A stretch of 64,000 nucleotides of DNA from an uncultured Treponemataceae bacterium (GTDB lineage Bacteria; Spirochaetota; Spirochaetia; Treponematales; UBA12059). Location of the stretch: the NCBI GenBank assembly GCA_964576835.1, contig CAZNXK010000003.1, positions 2,044-66,043 on the forward strand. Direction: 5' to 3'. The translations under genes were made by a program, and so were the position numbers. The notes beneath the pieces are model-generated. The model was not told the DNA's origin and searched no databases. It worked only from the letters and a program-made list of their open reading frames with translations. Of the stretch, positions 56,191 through 64,000 are shown piece after piece. The first letter of the stretch is position 1. Each line of letters begins with the position of its first letter.

Positions 56191-56436
56191 TTCTTGTCAC
56201 TTCGAACCCGGGGAAGCCGGGTAGTTGGCATTGTTACCGGATTCTTGTTCTTTGTCAAATACCCAATTCCGGGGAGGCCGACGGGTTGCGTCCGCCGAAG
56301 GGCCAAATATTGAAGGAAAAAAAATCCATTGCCAAAATGGAAAAGGGAGCGTACGCTCACGACGATCATCGATCCTCCCCATTCTCAGTGTAGGATGGGG
56401 TAGGACGGACCAAAACCACCTTTAGGAGGCTGTAAG

Positions 56437-57723
56437 TTGGAACAGTTATTCAAGCTTAAAGCGCACGGCACGACGGTGCGGACAGAGATCATGGCCGGAA
56501 TCACGACGTTCATGACGATGGCCTACATCCTCGCCGTCAACCCCGGCATCCTGAGCGCGACGGGCATGCCCGCCGGCGGCGTCTTCACGGCGACAGCGCT
56601 CTCCGCCATGATCGCGACCATCATCATGGCCCTGATCGCCAACCTGCCGATCGCCCTGGCCCCGGGCATGGGACTCAACGCGTTCTTCGCGTTTACCGTC
56701 GTGCTCGGCATGGGCTATTCATGGCAGCTCGCCCTTACCGCGGTATTCGTAGAAGGCATCATCTTCATACTGATGTCGCTCTTCAACATCCGTGAGGCCA
56801 TCATCAATTCCATCCCGGCCAACATCAAGAAGGCTGTGGCGGTAGGCATCGGCCTGTTCATCGCGTTCATCGGCTTCCAGAACGCCGGCATCGTCGTCAA
56901 CAACGACGCCACCCTCGTCAGCCTCGGCAGCATCACCAAGGGCCCGGCCCTCGTGGCGCTCATCGGCCTCGTGATCATGGGCGTCCTGCTCGCGTTCAAG
57001 GTCAAGGGCGCCCTGCTCATCGGCATAATCGCCACAACGATAGTAGGCATACCCTTCGGCGTCACCACCGTTCCCCAGGGCTGGAACCCGATAAGCGCTC
57101 CCGCGGCGCCGATACTCTTCCAGTTCCAGTTCGACAAATTGCTGACGCTCGACTTCTTCGTCGTCATGTTCACGTTCCTCTTCGTCGACATCTTCGACAC
57201 TATCGGCACGCTGCTCGGCGTGGCCACCCAGGCTGGGCTTATCGACAAGAACGGCCAGATCCCGAAGGTCAAGCAGGCGCTTCTCGCCGACGCCATCGGC
57301 ACAGTCGCCGGCGCCTGCCTTGGCACCTCGACCGTGACTTCGTACGTCGAGAGCGCTTCCGGCGTCGCCGAGGGCGGACGCACGGGCCTCACGTCGCTGA
57401 CGACCGGCATACTGTTCGGTCTCGCGCTGTTCCTGTCGCCGCTGTTCCTGCTCGTTCCGGGCGCCGCTACCGCACCGGCACTCATAATCGTCGGCCTCTT
57501 CATGCTGAGCCCGGTCAAGGAACTGAACCTGACCGACTTCACTGAGGCGATACCCGCTTTCCTGACGATGATCATGATGCCGCTGACGTACAGCATAGCC
57601 GAGGGCCTCGTCTTCGGTATCCTGTCCTACATCCTGCTCAAGGCGCTTACGGGCAAGTACAAGGACATTTCCGTGGTCACCTGGATAGTCGGCGGATTCT
57701 TCATCCTGAAGCATTTGCTGTAA
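56437..57723 (+). CDS. NCS2/AzgA-family purine (adenine/guanine/hypoxanthine) permease
   Basis: 428 aa with a TTG start 7 nt after AGGAGG. The N-terminus EQLFKLKAHGTTVRTEIMAGITTFMTMAYI is the family hallmark. Confidence 0.9.
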   Translation: MEQLFKLKAHGTTVRTEIMAGITTFMTMAYILAVNPGILSATGMPAGGVFTATALSAMIATIIMALIANLPIALAPGMGLNAFFAFTVVLGMGYSWQLALTAVFVEGIIFILMSLFNIREAIINSIPANIKKAVAVGIGLFIAFIGFQNAGIVVNNDATLVSLGSITKGPALVALIGLVIMGVLLAFKVKGALLIGIIATTIVGIPFGVTTVPQGWNPISAPAAPILFQFQFDKLLTLDFFVVMFTFLFVDIFDTIGTLLGVATQAGLIDKNGQIPKVKQALLADAIGTVAGACLGTSTVTSYVESASGVAEGGRTGLTSLTTGILFGLALFLSPLFLLVPGAATAPALIIVGLFMLSPVKELNLTDFTEAIPAFLTMIMMPLTYSIAEGLVFGILSYILLKALTGKYKDISVVTWIVGGFFILKHLL

Positions 57724-57755
57724 ATATAAATATTATATAGAGTTACCAAGAATGT

Positions 57756-57864
57756 GCCACGGAGACACGGAGACACGGAGAAGGATATATTAAAGATGGG
57801 GTGAAAGGAAGAATCGGATTTCCCGAACTATTCCCTTCACCCTGTCCCCCTCTGTGTCTCTATG
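57756..57864. repeat. CACGGAGN repeat element with a degenerate right arm, between convergent genes
   Basis: Left arm GCCACGGAGACACGGAGACACGGAG (57756-57780). An internal hairpin GGGGTGAAAGG/CCCTTCACCC spans 57798-57842. The right arm is decayed to CTCTGTGTCTCTATG (57850-57864). Confidence 0.65.
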
Positions 57865-57884
57865 TTTAAAATTGTGTTGAAAGC

Positions 57885-58970
57885 TCATTCCTTGAGCTTG
57901 TGTTTCACGTCCTTGTACGAACCCATCATGATCGACACCGGTTCCAGCGCCGGGACGTTCTCGCAGATTATCTTGACTATCACCGTCATCGGTACGGCGA
58001 GCACGAGGCCCCAGAATCCCCAGAGCCAGCCCCAGGCCGACAGCGATACTATAATGATGAACGGAGACAGCCCCAGGTTCTGACCCTGCACGCGCGGCTC
58101 GACGATGTTGCCGAGTATCATGTTGACACCGAGCATGGTCGCGGCCGCCCCGATGATTGGTGCCGGCGTCGGCCAGAACTGGACGAGAGCGAATAGCGTC
58201 ACGCCGAACCCGGCAACGATCGACCCTATGTTAGGTATGAAGTTGAGGATGAATGATATCACTCCCCAGACGATGGGGAAGTCCACCCCGATCCAGGCAA
58301 GGAGCGACCCGACGAGAACGCCGGTCGCCAGGCTGATGAAGAACTTTGCGCTCAGGTACCTGGCCACCTGCTTTACGACGTCCGCGACTATCTTCTGTAT
58401 CCTCGTCGACATGATTCCGACGAACGCCAGTTCTATGCGCTTCCTGAAATGGCCTATCTCCAGGAGCAGGAAGACGACGAACAATATCACCATGACCGTG
58501 TCGGTGAGGAAGCCCAGGAACGATTCCGAGGTGGCGAGCGCTATCGCCTGGACCCGCTCGCGGATGCCGAGCTGGCCCCAGAGGTTCTGCATCAGGCTGA
58601 TGTGTTCGTTGTAGGGTAGGCTGAACGCCTTGGCCACCACGATGTAGAGGGCGGTGAAGCGTTCCTCGTACTTGGGGTACAATGTCAGAATCGTCCTGGC
58701 GCTGCTGAAGAGTATGACGCCGACCACATAGACGCCTACGCCGATGACCAGTACGACGATGACGGCTCCTATCGCCCGGGGAATCTTGATTTTCTCAAGC
58801 AGGATGACCACCGGCTCGAGCACGAAGGTCAGCAAGACCGCTATCATGAAGGGCAGGAACACCGACGCGGTGAGTTTCAGTGCCGCCACCGCCAGGCAAA
58901 GCGCCATGAATCCCAGGAGAAACAGGTTGAGCCTCGCGAAGCTGGCTCCTCGGTATCGTTCTTCGGTCAT
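57885..58970 (-). CDS. AI-2E family transporter (PerM/TqsA-like)
   Basis: 361 aa, multi-pass membrane protein with a family-typical C-terminal region (NFIPNIGSIVA...LSAWGWLWGFWGLVLAVP). Confidence 0.85.
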   Translation of the reverse strand: MTEERYRGASFARLNLFLLGFMALCLAVAALKLTASVFLPFMIAVLLTFVLEPVVILLEKIKIPRAIGAVIVVLVIGVGVYVVGVILFSSARTILTLYPKYEERFTALYIVVAKAFSLPYNEHISLMQNLWGQLGIRERVQAIALATSESFLGFLTDTVMVILFVVFLLLEIGHFRKRIELAFVGIMSTRIQKIVADVVKQVARYLSAKFFISLATGVLVGSLLAWIGVDFPIVWGVISFILNFIPNIGSIVAGFGVTLFALVQFWPTPAPIIGAAATMLGVNMILGNIVEPRVQGQNLGLSPFIIIVSLSAWGWLWGFWGLVLAVPMTVIVKIICENVPALEPVSIMMGSYKDVKHKLKE

Positions 58971-58982
58971 GATGCGGACCTC

Positions 58983-59669
58983 CTAGCTCGATCGCTGCAC
59001 GGTCTGTTTCGAGACGTAGGCTTCGCCGCAGCCCGCCACCTTGCGGATGTTCTCCAGCCAGCCTTTGGCTTCGCTCTCGGTCGGGTACGGGCCTATGCGC
59101 ACGCGGTACCAGGTAACCCCGTCAAGATCCTTGACGGTGATGAGCGTCGAAAGGCCCTTTGACGCAAGCTCTCGCTGGAGGTCGTCGGCGCGCGAGCGGC
59201 TGGCGAACGCGGCTGCCTGTATCCAGTATTCGGCAACGGTCCTCGGAGCCGCGGGCTTGGCCGCCAGCTTTGGCTGGGCCGAGCCGGCGCTCTGGGCTGC
59301 CGCGGGTTTTGGCGCGACCGGGGCGGATGCCGCTGGCGTATACGGCTTGGCCACCACGGCCGTCGTTGCCGGCTGGGCCGTGCCGGTCATCGCCGCCGGC
59401 GCGGGCTTGTCGCCGTAGACGATGATGATGTCGGAGCCGGCGCTCTGCGTGGCAGCGTCCGGCGGGACGGGAACGGGAGCCGGTACGACGGTCCTGACGT
59501 ACTCGTCTGGCGATGCGGAACGCGGCGGCGCCACGGCCGCCACCGTCGCCGGCGCTCCCGAGTCCGCGCCGCGCGGGTAGACCAGGGCCAGGGCGACGCC
59601 GGATGTGACGACGAGCACGATGACGACGGATAGCACCGTCCACAGAACTTTCTTCGTTTCCAACGGCAT
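58983..59669 (-). CDS. SPOR-domain (peptidoglycan-binding) membrane protein
   Basis: One N-terminal TM helix, an Ala/Pro-rich linker and a C-terminal SPOR-like fold (YWIQAAAFASRSRADDLQRELASKG...WYRVRIGPYPTESEA). Confidence 0.8.
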   Translation of the reverse strand: MPLETKKVLWTVLSVVIVLVVTSGVALALVYPRGADSGAPATVAAVAPPRSASPDEYVRTVVPAPVPVPPDAATQSAGSDIIIVYGDKPAPAAMTGTAQPATTAVVAKPYTPAASAPVAPKPAAAQSAGSAQPKLAAKPAAPRTVAEYWIQAAAFASRSRADDLQRELASKGLSTLITVKDLDGVTWYRVRIGPYPTESEAKGWLENIRKVAGCGEAYVSKQTVQRSS

Positions 59670-59730
59670 AGCCCCTCCACTGCGCAGCGTTCGACTACGC
59701 TACTCTTCGTATATCGGAATACGGAGCCGC

Positions 59731-60339
59731 CTAGTTGAGCCTTCGCGCCGAAATGATTGACCCGATGGACCGTCCAAGTTCGCGCTCCAGCCTGCCCGCG
59801 TTGCCCGAGTTTCCAACGATGATTCGCAGGCTATCATACCGGCGACCGGCCGCCCAGAGCGGGCGTTGCATGGCCATCCTGGCGAGAGCGGCCCGCGGCC
59901 CCAGTCCGTCACGGCGCCATGCCCGCAGGAGCCGGATCGGGAGAGCCGCCCGTATCTCGATGATGGCATCGCATTCTTTCGCCACCGGCAGACGGTAAAG
60001 CAGGGCAGCATCGACGCAGGCCAGCTCGCCAGCCATCACGACGGCCTCGGCCACCAGGGCGTTCATGGCTGGGTGGACCAGGGCTTCGTAGCTCTCGAGC
60101 AGGGCGTGATCCGAAAACACGATTGCGCCGATGGCGCGCCTGTCGGGCTTGCCATCGGCGCCCAGGACCCGCTGTCCGAACAGGTCAGCGACCGCCGCCG
60201 CCGACAGCTCGAGAGCGCGGTGACCCAAGTCATCGACATCGACGATGGCCCAGCCGGCGGCCCGGAGTATTGCCGCGGCCGTGCTCTTGCCCGTGCAGTA
60301 GCCGCCGGTCAGGCCGAGTATCAATGCATGTCTCCCCAC
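59731..60339 (-). CDS. coaE: Dephospho-CoA kinase
   Basis: ILGLTGGYCTGKST P-loop N-terminus. The start is GTG 60339 (overlapping the polA end) or TTG 60324. Confidence 0.88.
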   Translation of the reverse strand: MGRHALILGLTGGYCTGKSTAAAILRAAGWAIVDVDDLGHRALELSAAAVADLFGQRVLGADGKPDRRAIGAIVFSDHALLESYEALVHPAMNALVAEAVVMAGELACVDAALLYRLPVAKECDAIIEIRAALPIRLLRAWRRDGLGPRAALARMAMQRPLWAAGRRYDSLRIIVGNSGNAGRLERELGRSIGSIISARRLN

Positions 60340-63152
60340 GATCTGGCGGTCTCGACGCCGACCCGGAGCGGTACAGACAGCTGGACCGCGCTCGTCATCG
60401 CCGCCTCGACGGCCAGGGAGACCGCGGGAGCATCCGCCTCGTCCACTTCGATTATAAGCTCGTCGTGCACCTGCAGCAGCAGCCTGGCTGCCGGAAAGCG
60501 CTCGCGGAGGACGGCGTCGACCTTGAGCATGGCCAGCTTGACGACATCGGCAGCCGAACCCTGTATCGGCGTGTTTCCGCCGATACGCTCGGCTCCCTGG
60601 CGCCCGTTGGCGTTGCGGCTGTCAATGGCGCGTATCGGGCGGCGCCTGCCGAGCAGCGTCGTCACGTAGCCGTCGCGCCTGGCGGCCTCGACGGTGTCCC
60701 TGATGAAGGCGGCGATTCCTGCGTACCGTTCGAAGTAGGCGTCGATGAATTTCTGCGCCTCGCTTCGCGGAATTCCCAGCTCCCGCGCCAGCCGGAAGGC
60801 GCCCATGCCGTAGATGACGCCGAAGTTGATCGTCTTGGCCGCCCGCCGCTCGGCCTGGCTGACCTCCGCCTCGGCCTTGCCGAGAATCAGGGCGGCGGTG
60901 CGCCTGTGCACGTCGGAGCCGTCCAGGAAGGCCTTTGCAAGCTCGGGATCGCCCGACAGGTGGGCGAATACGACCAGTTCTATCTGTGAGTAGTCCGCGG
61001 ATACAAGGACCTTTCCCGGAGCGGCGACAAAGGCCTTGCGGATGCGGCGGCCCTCCTCCTCCCGCACCGGGATGTTCTGGAGGTTGGGGTCGCGGCTGGA
61101 AAGGCGTCCGGTGGCGGTCCCGGTCTGCACGTAATGCGTCCTTATGCGCGGATCGACCGCGGCGAGTTCGAGGAGGGCATCGACGTAGGTGCTCTTGAGC
61201 TTCTGCAAGGTCCGGTGCCTGAGGATGCGCTCCGGTACCGGATCCTCCCTTGCCAGCTCCTCGAGTACCGAGATGTCGGTTGAAAAGCCGGTCTTGGTCT
61301 TCTTGCCGGTCGAAAGCTTCCGCTCGACGAAGAGTATCTCCTGCAGCTGCTTGGGAGAGTTCATGTTGAATTCGTGGCCGACCATGGTCCAGGTCTCAGC
61401 CTGCACCCGGGCAAGCTCCTCGTCGAGCTCCTTGCCATAGGCGGACAGAGCCGCCGCGTCGACCAGGATGCCAAGGCGCTCCATCCTGGCCAGGAGCGAC
61501 AGTACGGGCATCTCGACTCCTGCGAACAGCTCGGAGAGCCCCTTTTCTTCGAGCTCGGCCTGGAGCAGAACCTTGAGCCTGAGCGCCATGAAGGCGTCCT
61601 CTGCGCCATAGGGTGCCGCTTTGGCTATAGGAACCCTGGAGAACGGCGTGTCCTTGGGGGCCAGCTCCGCGTACGGCGTGCCGGCAAAGCCCAGGTACGA
61701 AGCCCCGAGGCTCTCCAGCTTGAGCGAATCCCGCTCCGGGTCGACGAGCCATGCGGCTATCATCGTGTCCCACGGCGCGCAGAGGATGGGTGCGCCCCAG
61801 TTTTCCATGACGTGCATGTCGAATTTGAGGTTCTGTCCGACAACGACGATATCGGCGCGGGCCAGCAGCGGTGCGATGATGCGCCTGGCGGCCTCCGAAG
61901 ACAGGCAGGCAGCGTCGGGGGACGACAGCGGCACGAAGCAGGCCGAGTCGGTCGTCACCGCTATCGAAAATCCGACAGGCATCGTGCGCATCTCGTCCAG
62001 CGAATCGGTCTCGCAGTCGAAGGCGAAAATTCCCGCGCGTGTCGCCTCGTCGACCCAGCGGTGGAGGCCAGCCTCGTCAAGGACGAGTTCGTGCGTGCCG
62101 GCCCTGGAGAACGACTCGGGCACCTGCGGCCTGGGCTTCATCTCTGCCTGCGGCACAGCCGGAGGCGCTACCGACGGCGCTACCGACGGCGCTACCGACG
62201 GCGCCGCGGGTGGCAATGGTTGTGTCGCGAAAAGGTCCCCCGGCTCAGGCTGGAGAGCCCCCGATCCATCGGCGGCGCCGAGACCATCGGCGACTTTGCG
62301 GGTCGCCAGGCTCCTCATGCCTTCGCGCATGAAAACGACGCTGGCAGCGTCGCGGTCGAAGCGGGGCACGACCAGCTCGTCCAGGGAGGCTACCGACAGG
62401 GGCGCGTCGTAGGCGAGCGTTATGAGCTCGCGCGACAGCATGGCGCTGCCCCTGCCGCTCTCGAGCTTCTTGCGGAGGCTGTCGGGTTTGACCTCGGCCA
62501 GATGTTCCCATATAGCGTCGAACGACCCGAACTCGGACAGGAGCTTGAGAGCCGTCTTGTCGCCGACGCCGGGCACGCCGGGGACATTGTCGGAGGCATC
62601 GCCTGTCAGCGACAGGTAGTCGAGTATCCGTTCGGGCGGCACGCCCCATTCCTCTTCGACCTCGCCCGGCCCGATGAGGATGAAGCCCTGGTCGCGATCC
62701 GGCCTGAGCGCCCTCACCGTGCCGCCGACAAGCTGCAGGAGGTCCTTGTCGCTGGAGATGATGTAGCACTGCCTGCCCTCGGCGCGGCAGCGGGCTGCCA
62801 TGGTCGCTATGAGGTCGTCGGCCTCGTATCGGTCGGCGCGCAGCATAGGCACGCCCAGGAGTCCGAGTATCTCTTCGACCATCGGAATCTGGGAGAACAG
62901 GTCTTCGGGGGTCTTGGCCCTGGTCGCCTTGTAGGCGTCGAACATTTCGTGGCGGAAAGTAGGCACGCGCGAGTCGAATACCGCCGCGAAGGCTGTCGGC
63001 TTGTAGCGGTCCCATAGCTGGAACAGGCTGCGGTAAAAGCCGAATACGGCGGAGACGTTGTCTCCCCGGGGATTGCGCAGAGGCTTCGATATGAAGGCGA
63101 AATACGACCTGTATATGACGCCGTAGGCATCGAGGAGGAAGAGGGGTTCCAT
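60321..63152 (-). CDS. polA: DNA polymerase I
   Basis: 943 aa with a 5'-nuclease domain (LLDAYGVIYRSYFA), a 3'-5' exonuclease-like domain, and polymerase motifs A (LVSADYSQIELV), B (RRAAKTINFGVIYG) and C (LQVHDEL). Confidence 0.95.
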   Translation of the reverse strand: MEPLFLLDAYGVIYRSYFAFISKPLRNPRGDNVSAVFGFYRSLFQLWDRYKPTAFAAVFDSRVPTFRHEMFDAYKATRAKTPEDLFSQIPMVEEILGLLGVPMLRADRYEADDLIATMAARCRAEGRQCYIISSDKDLLQLVGGTVRALRPDRDQGFILIGPGEVEEEWGVPPERILDYLSLTGDASDNVPGVPGVGDKTALKLLSEFGSFDAIWEHLAEVKPDSLRKKLESGRGSAMLSRELITLAYDAPLSVASLDELVVPRFDRDAASVVFMREGMRSLATRKVADGLGAADGSGALQPEPGDLFATQPLPPAAPSVAPSVAPSVAPPAVPQAEMKPRPQVPESFSRAGTHELVLDEAGLHRWVDEATRAGIFAFDCETDSLDEMRTMPVGFSIAVTTDSACFVPLSSPDAACLSSEAARRIIAPLLARADIVVVGQNLKFDMHVMENWGAPILCAPWDTMIAAWLVDPERDSLKLESLGASYLGFAGTPYAELAPKDTPFSRVPIAKAAPYGAEDAFMALRLKVLLQAELEEKGLSELFAGVEMPVLSLLARMERLGILVDAAALSAYGKELDEELARVQAETWTMVGHEFNMNSPKQLQEILFVERKLSTGKKTKTGFSTDISVLEELAREDPVPERILRHRTLQKLKSTYVDALLELAAVDPRIRTHYVQTGTATGRLSSRDPNLQNIPVREEEGRRIRKAFVAAPGKVLVSADYSQIELVVFAHLSGDPELAKAFLDGSDVHRRTAALILGKAEAEVSQAERRAAKTINFGVIYGMGAFRLARELGIPRSEAQKFIDAYFERYAGIAAFIRDTVEAARRDGYVTTLLGRRRPIRAIDSRNANGRQGAERIGGNTPIQGSAADVVKLAMLKVDAVLRERFPAARLLLQVHDELIIEVDEADAPAVSLAVEAAMTSAVQLSVPLRVGVETARSWGDMH
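62164..62199. repeat. Perfect 12-bp tandem repeat x3 inside polA (encodes the PSVA repeats of the PSVAPSVAPSVAP tract)
   Basis: GGCGCTACCGAC is repeated three times head to tail at 62164-62199, followed by a partial fourth unit. It lies in the Pro/Ala-rich linker between the 5'-nuclease and exonuclease domains. Confidence 0.9.
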
Positions 63153-63204
63153 GGGCCGTAGGATACGCCCTGTCGCCCCGTTCCGGCAAGCGGGACTTGA
63201 GGGA

Positions 63205-63681
63205 TCAGCCCTTGATGTCGAGGGCCGTGGGCTCCGCCGCCGAAGCGTAGACGCTCTTGCGCTTGGCGTACGGATTGTTGACGCTCATGATCTCGTGACG
63301 GAGCATTTCCATCCTCTGCTTGAGGAGGGCACGGTTCTCCGTATTGCGGACAATGACCTCGTCCTTGAGTTCCGAGAGCGTTGACCGGAGTTCGGCTACT
63401 CCTTCGGGCTCCACGCCGGAGTAGGCTGCCCGGTACATGTCCTCGAGAGGATCGATTACCTTCTGGACGGCGAAGATATCGGAAACGATGCCCTGCTCCA
63501 GTTCGACGTGCGCGACAAGGGCGTCTACGTCGCCCGTTTCTATATCCGAGCGCTGGCTTTCGAGGAGAGCCATGTAGTCCTTGAATTTGTCGCGCTGCCT
63601 GACCAAGAGTTCGCGGAAACGCCTGAGAACCGCTACTCTTTCGTCGAGCTCTTCCCTGGACAGGCGGGCTTCTGGGGGCAT
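63205..63681 (-). CDS. Hypothetical coiled-coil protein, possibly FlgN-like flagellar chaperone
   Basis: 158 aa, helical heptad-like and acidic sequence, 10 nt downstream of fliS. Codon bias is coding-like. The function is suggested only by context and composition. Confidence 0.55.
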   Translation of the reverse strand: MPPEARLSREELDERVAVLRRFRELLVRQRDKFKDYMALLESQRSDIETGDVDALVAHVELEQGIVSDIFAVQKVIDPLEDMYRAAYSGVEPEGVAELRSTLSELKDEVIVRNTENRALLKQRMEMLRHEIMSVNNPYAKRKSVYASAAEPTALDIKG

Positions 63682-63691
63682 CGCAAGGATC

Positions 63692-64000
63692 CTAGCCGGC
63701 TATGTTGACGCCGGAGCGGTGCTCGTCGCCCGAACCCTGCGCCTTGGTCGCGGCCACGACCCATGCGCCTGCCAGTTCGGCAAGCATGGAGCGGATGGTC
63801 TTGACCCTGGACAGGTCCTTGACGATGTTGGACTCGGATAGTTCCCTGTTGAAATAGACGTACAAGGAAAAAAGATCACGGGCTATGTCGCCGCCCGCTT
63901 CGAAGTCGAGGCTCGCCATCAGCTCGGTTATGATGTCCTGGACCTTGCAGATGGCCTTGTTCACCTTTTCAATGTTGGCCGGCTTCTTCTTGAGGTCGGT
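63692..64000 (-). CDS. fliS: Flagellar export chaperone FliS (partial, N-terminus beyond window end)
   Basis: The frame stays open to nt 64000. KAICKVQDIITELMASLDFEAGGDIARDLFSLYVYFNRELSESN matches the FliS core (LdfekGGeiA..L..LY.Y). Confidence 0.8.
   Translation of the reverse strand, partial: TDLKKKPANIEKVNKAICKVQDIITELMASLDFEAGGDIARDLFSLYVYFNRELSESNIVKDLSRVKTIRSMLAELAGAWVVAATKAQGSGDEHRSGVNIAG

Noticed and set aside
56196-56225. TTCGAACCC string suggestive of a tRNA T-arm.
   Set aside because: The flanking bases cannot form a T-stem, and no acceptor or anticodon arms can be drawn. No tRNA was found elsewhere in the intergenic regions either.
56205-56305. Sequence with faint resemblance to ZTP (pfl) riboswitch elements (GGGTAGTTGGCA..., CCGGGGAGGCCGAC, TCCGCCGAAGGGCC) upstream of the purine permease. 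The region was also checked for the classical purine riboswitch.
   Set aside because: The P1 strands do not pair, and the conserved CCGCCUGGGC element is disrupted (GAA in place of UG). The segment lies upstream of the best promoter candidate. No GUUUCUACC/CCGUAAA-type purine-riboswitch core is present. It would need a covariance-model scan before being claimed.

Overview
GC-rich bacterial chromosomal window (roughly 60% GC or more, judged by eye), almost entirely coding. I call 46 protein-coding genes, one decayed gene, four copies of a short palindromic repeat family and a few signals. I saw no rRNA, tRNA, CRISPR array, transposase, integrase or phage gene. Many long Arg/Ala/Gly-rich ORFs in the six-frame track are antisense or out-of-frame shadows of real genes and were ignored. 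The window falls into five blocks. (1) 0.2-9.8 kb: a CBS-domain protein, an acyl-CoA ligase, the conserved but uncharacterised radical-SAM plus TIGR03915-like DNA repair/modification pair preceded by an orphan GlnE-like nucleotidyltransferase, then argG-argH. (2) 9.9-19.8 kb: an L-rhamnose-type locus with an AraA-family isomerase, an RhaSTPQ-like ABC transporter, an AraC regulator, rhaA, a stand-alone class II aldolase and rhaM. (3) 19.8-31.3 kb: a tightly packed eight-gene minus-strand operon (DeoR, E2, E3, fused E1 alpha-beta, PHP phosphoesterase, SrlD/SorD-like SDR, FGGY kinase, SorE-like Zn reductase). I rate this the best candidate for an undescribed catabolic system, possibly 6-deoxyhexose cleavage through an acetoin-dehydrogenase-type complex. 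(4) 34-57.7 kb: a large anaerobic purine/urate-type island (ygeW, xdhD, ygfM, ssnA, ygfK, ygeY homologues, extra amidohydrolases, two unusual PLP enzymes, xdhAB, adenine deaminase, purine permease). (5) 57.9-64 kb: housekeeping genes (AI-2E transporter, SPOR protein, coaE, polA, FlgN-like protein, partial fliS). Radical-SAM, selenium-cluster-type and flagellar genes suggest a motile anaerobe. The taxon cannot be fixed from this window.
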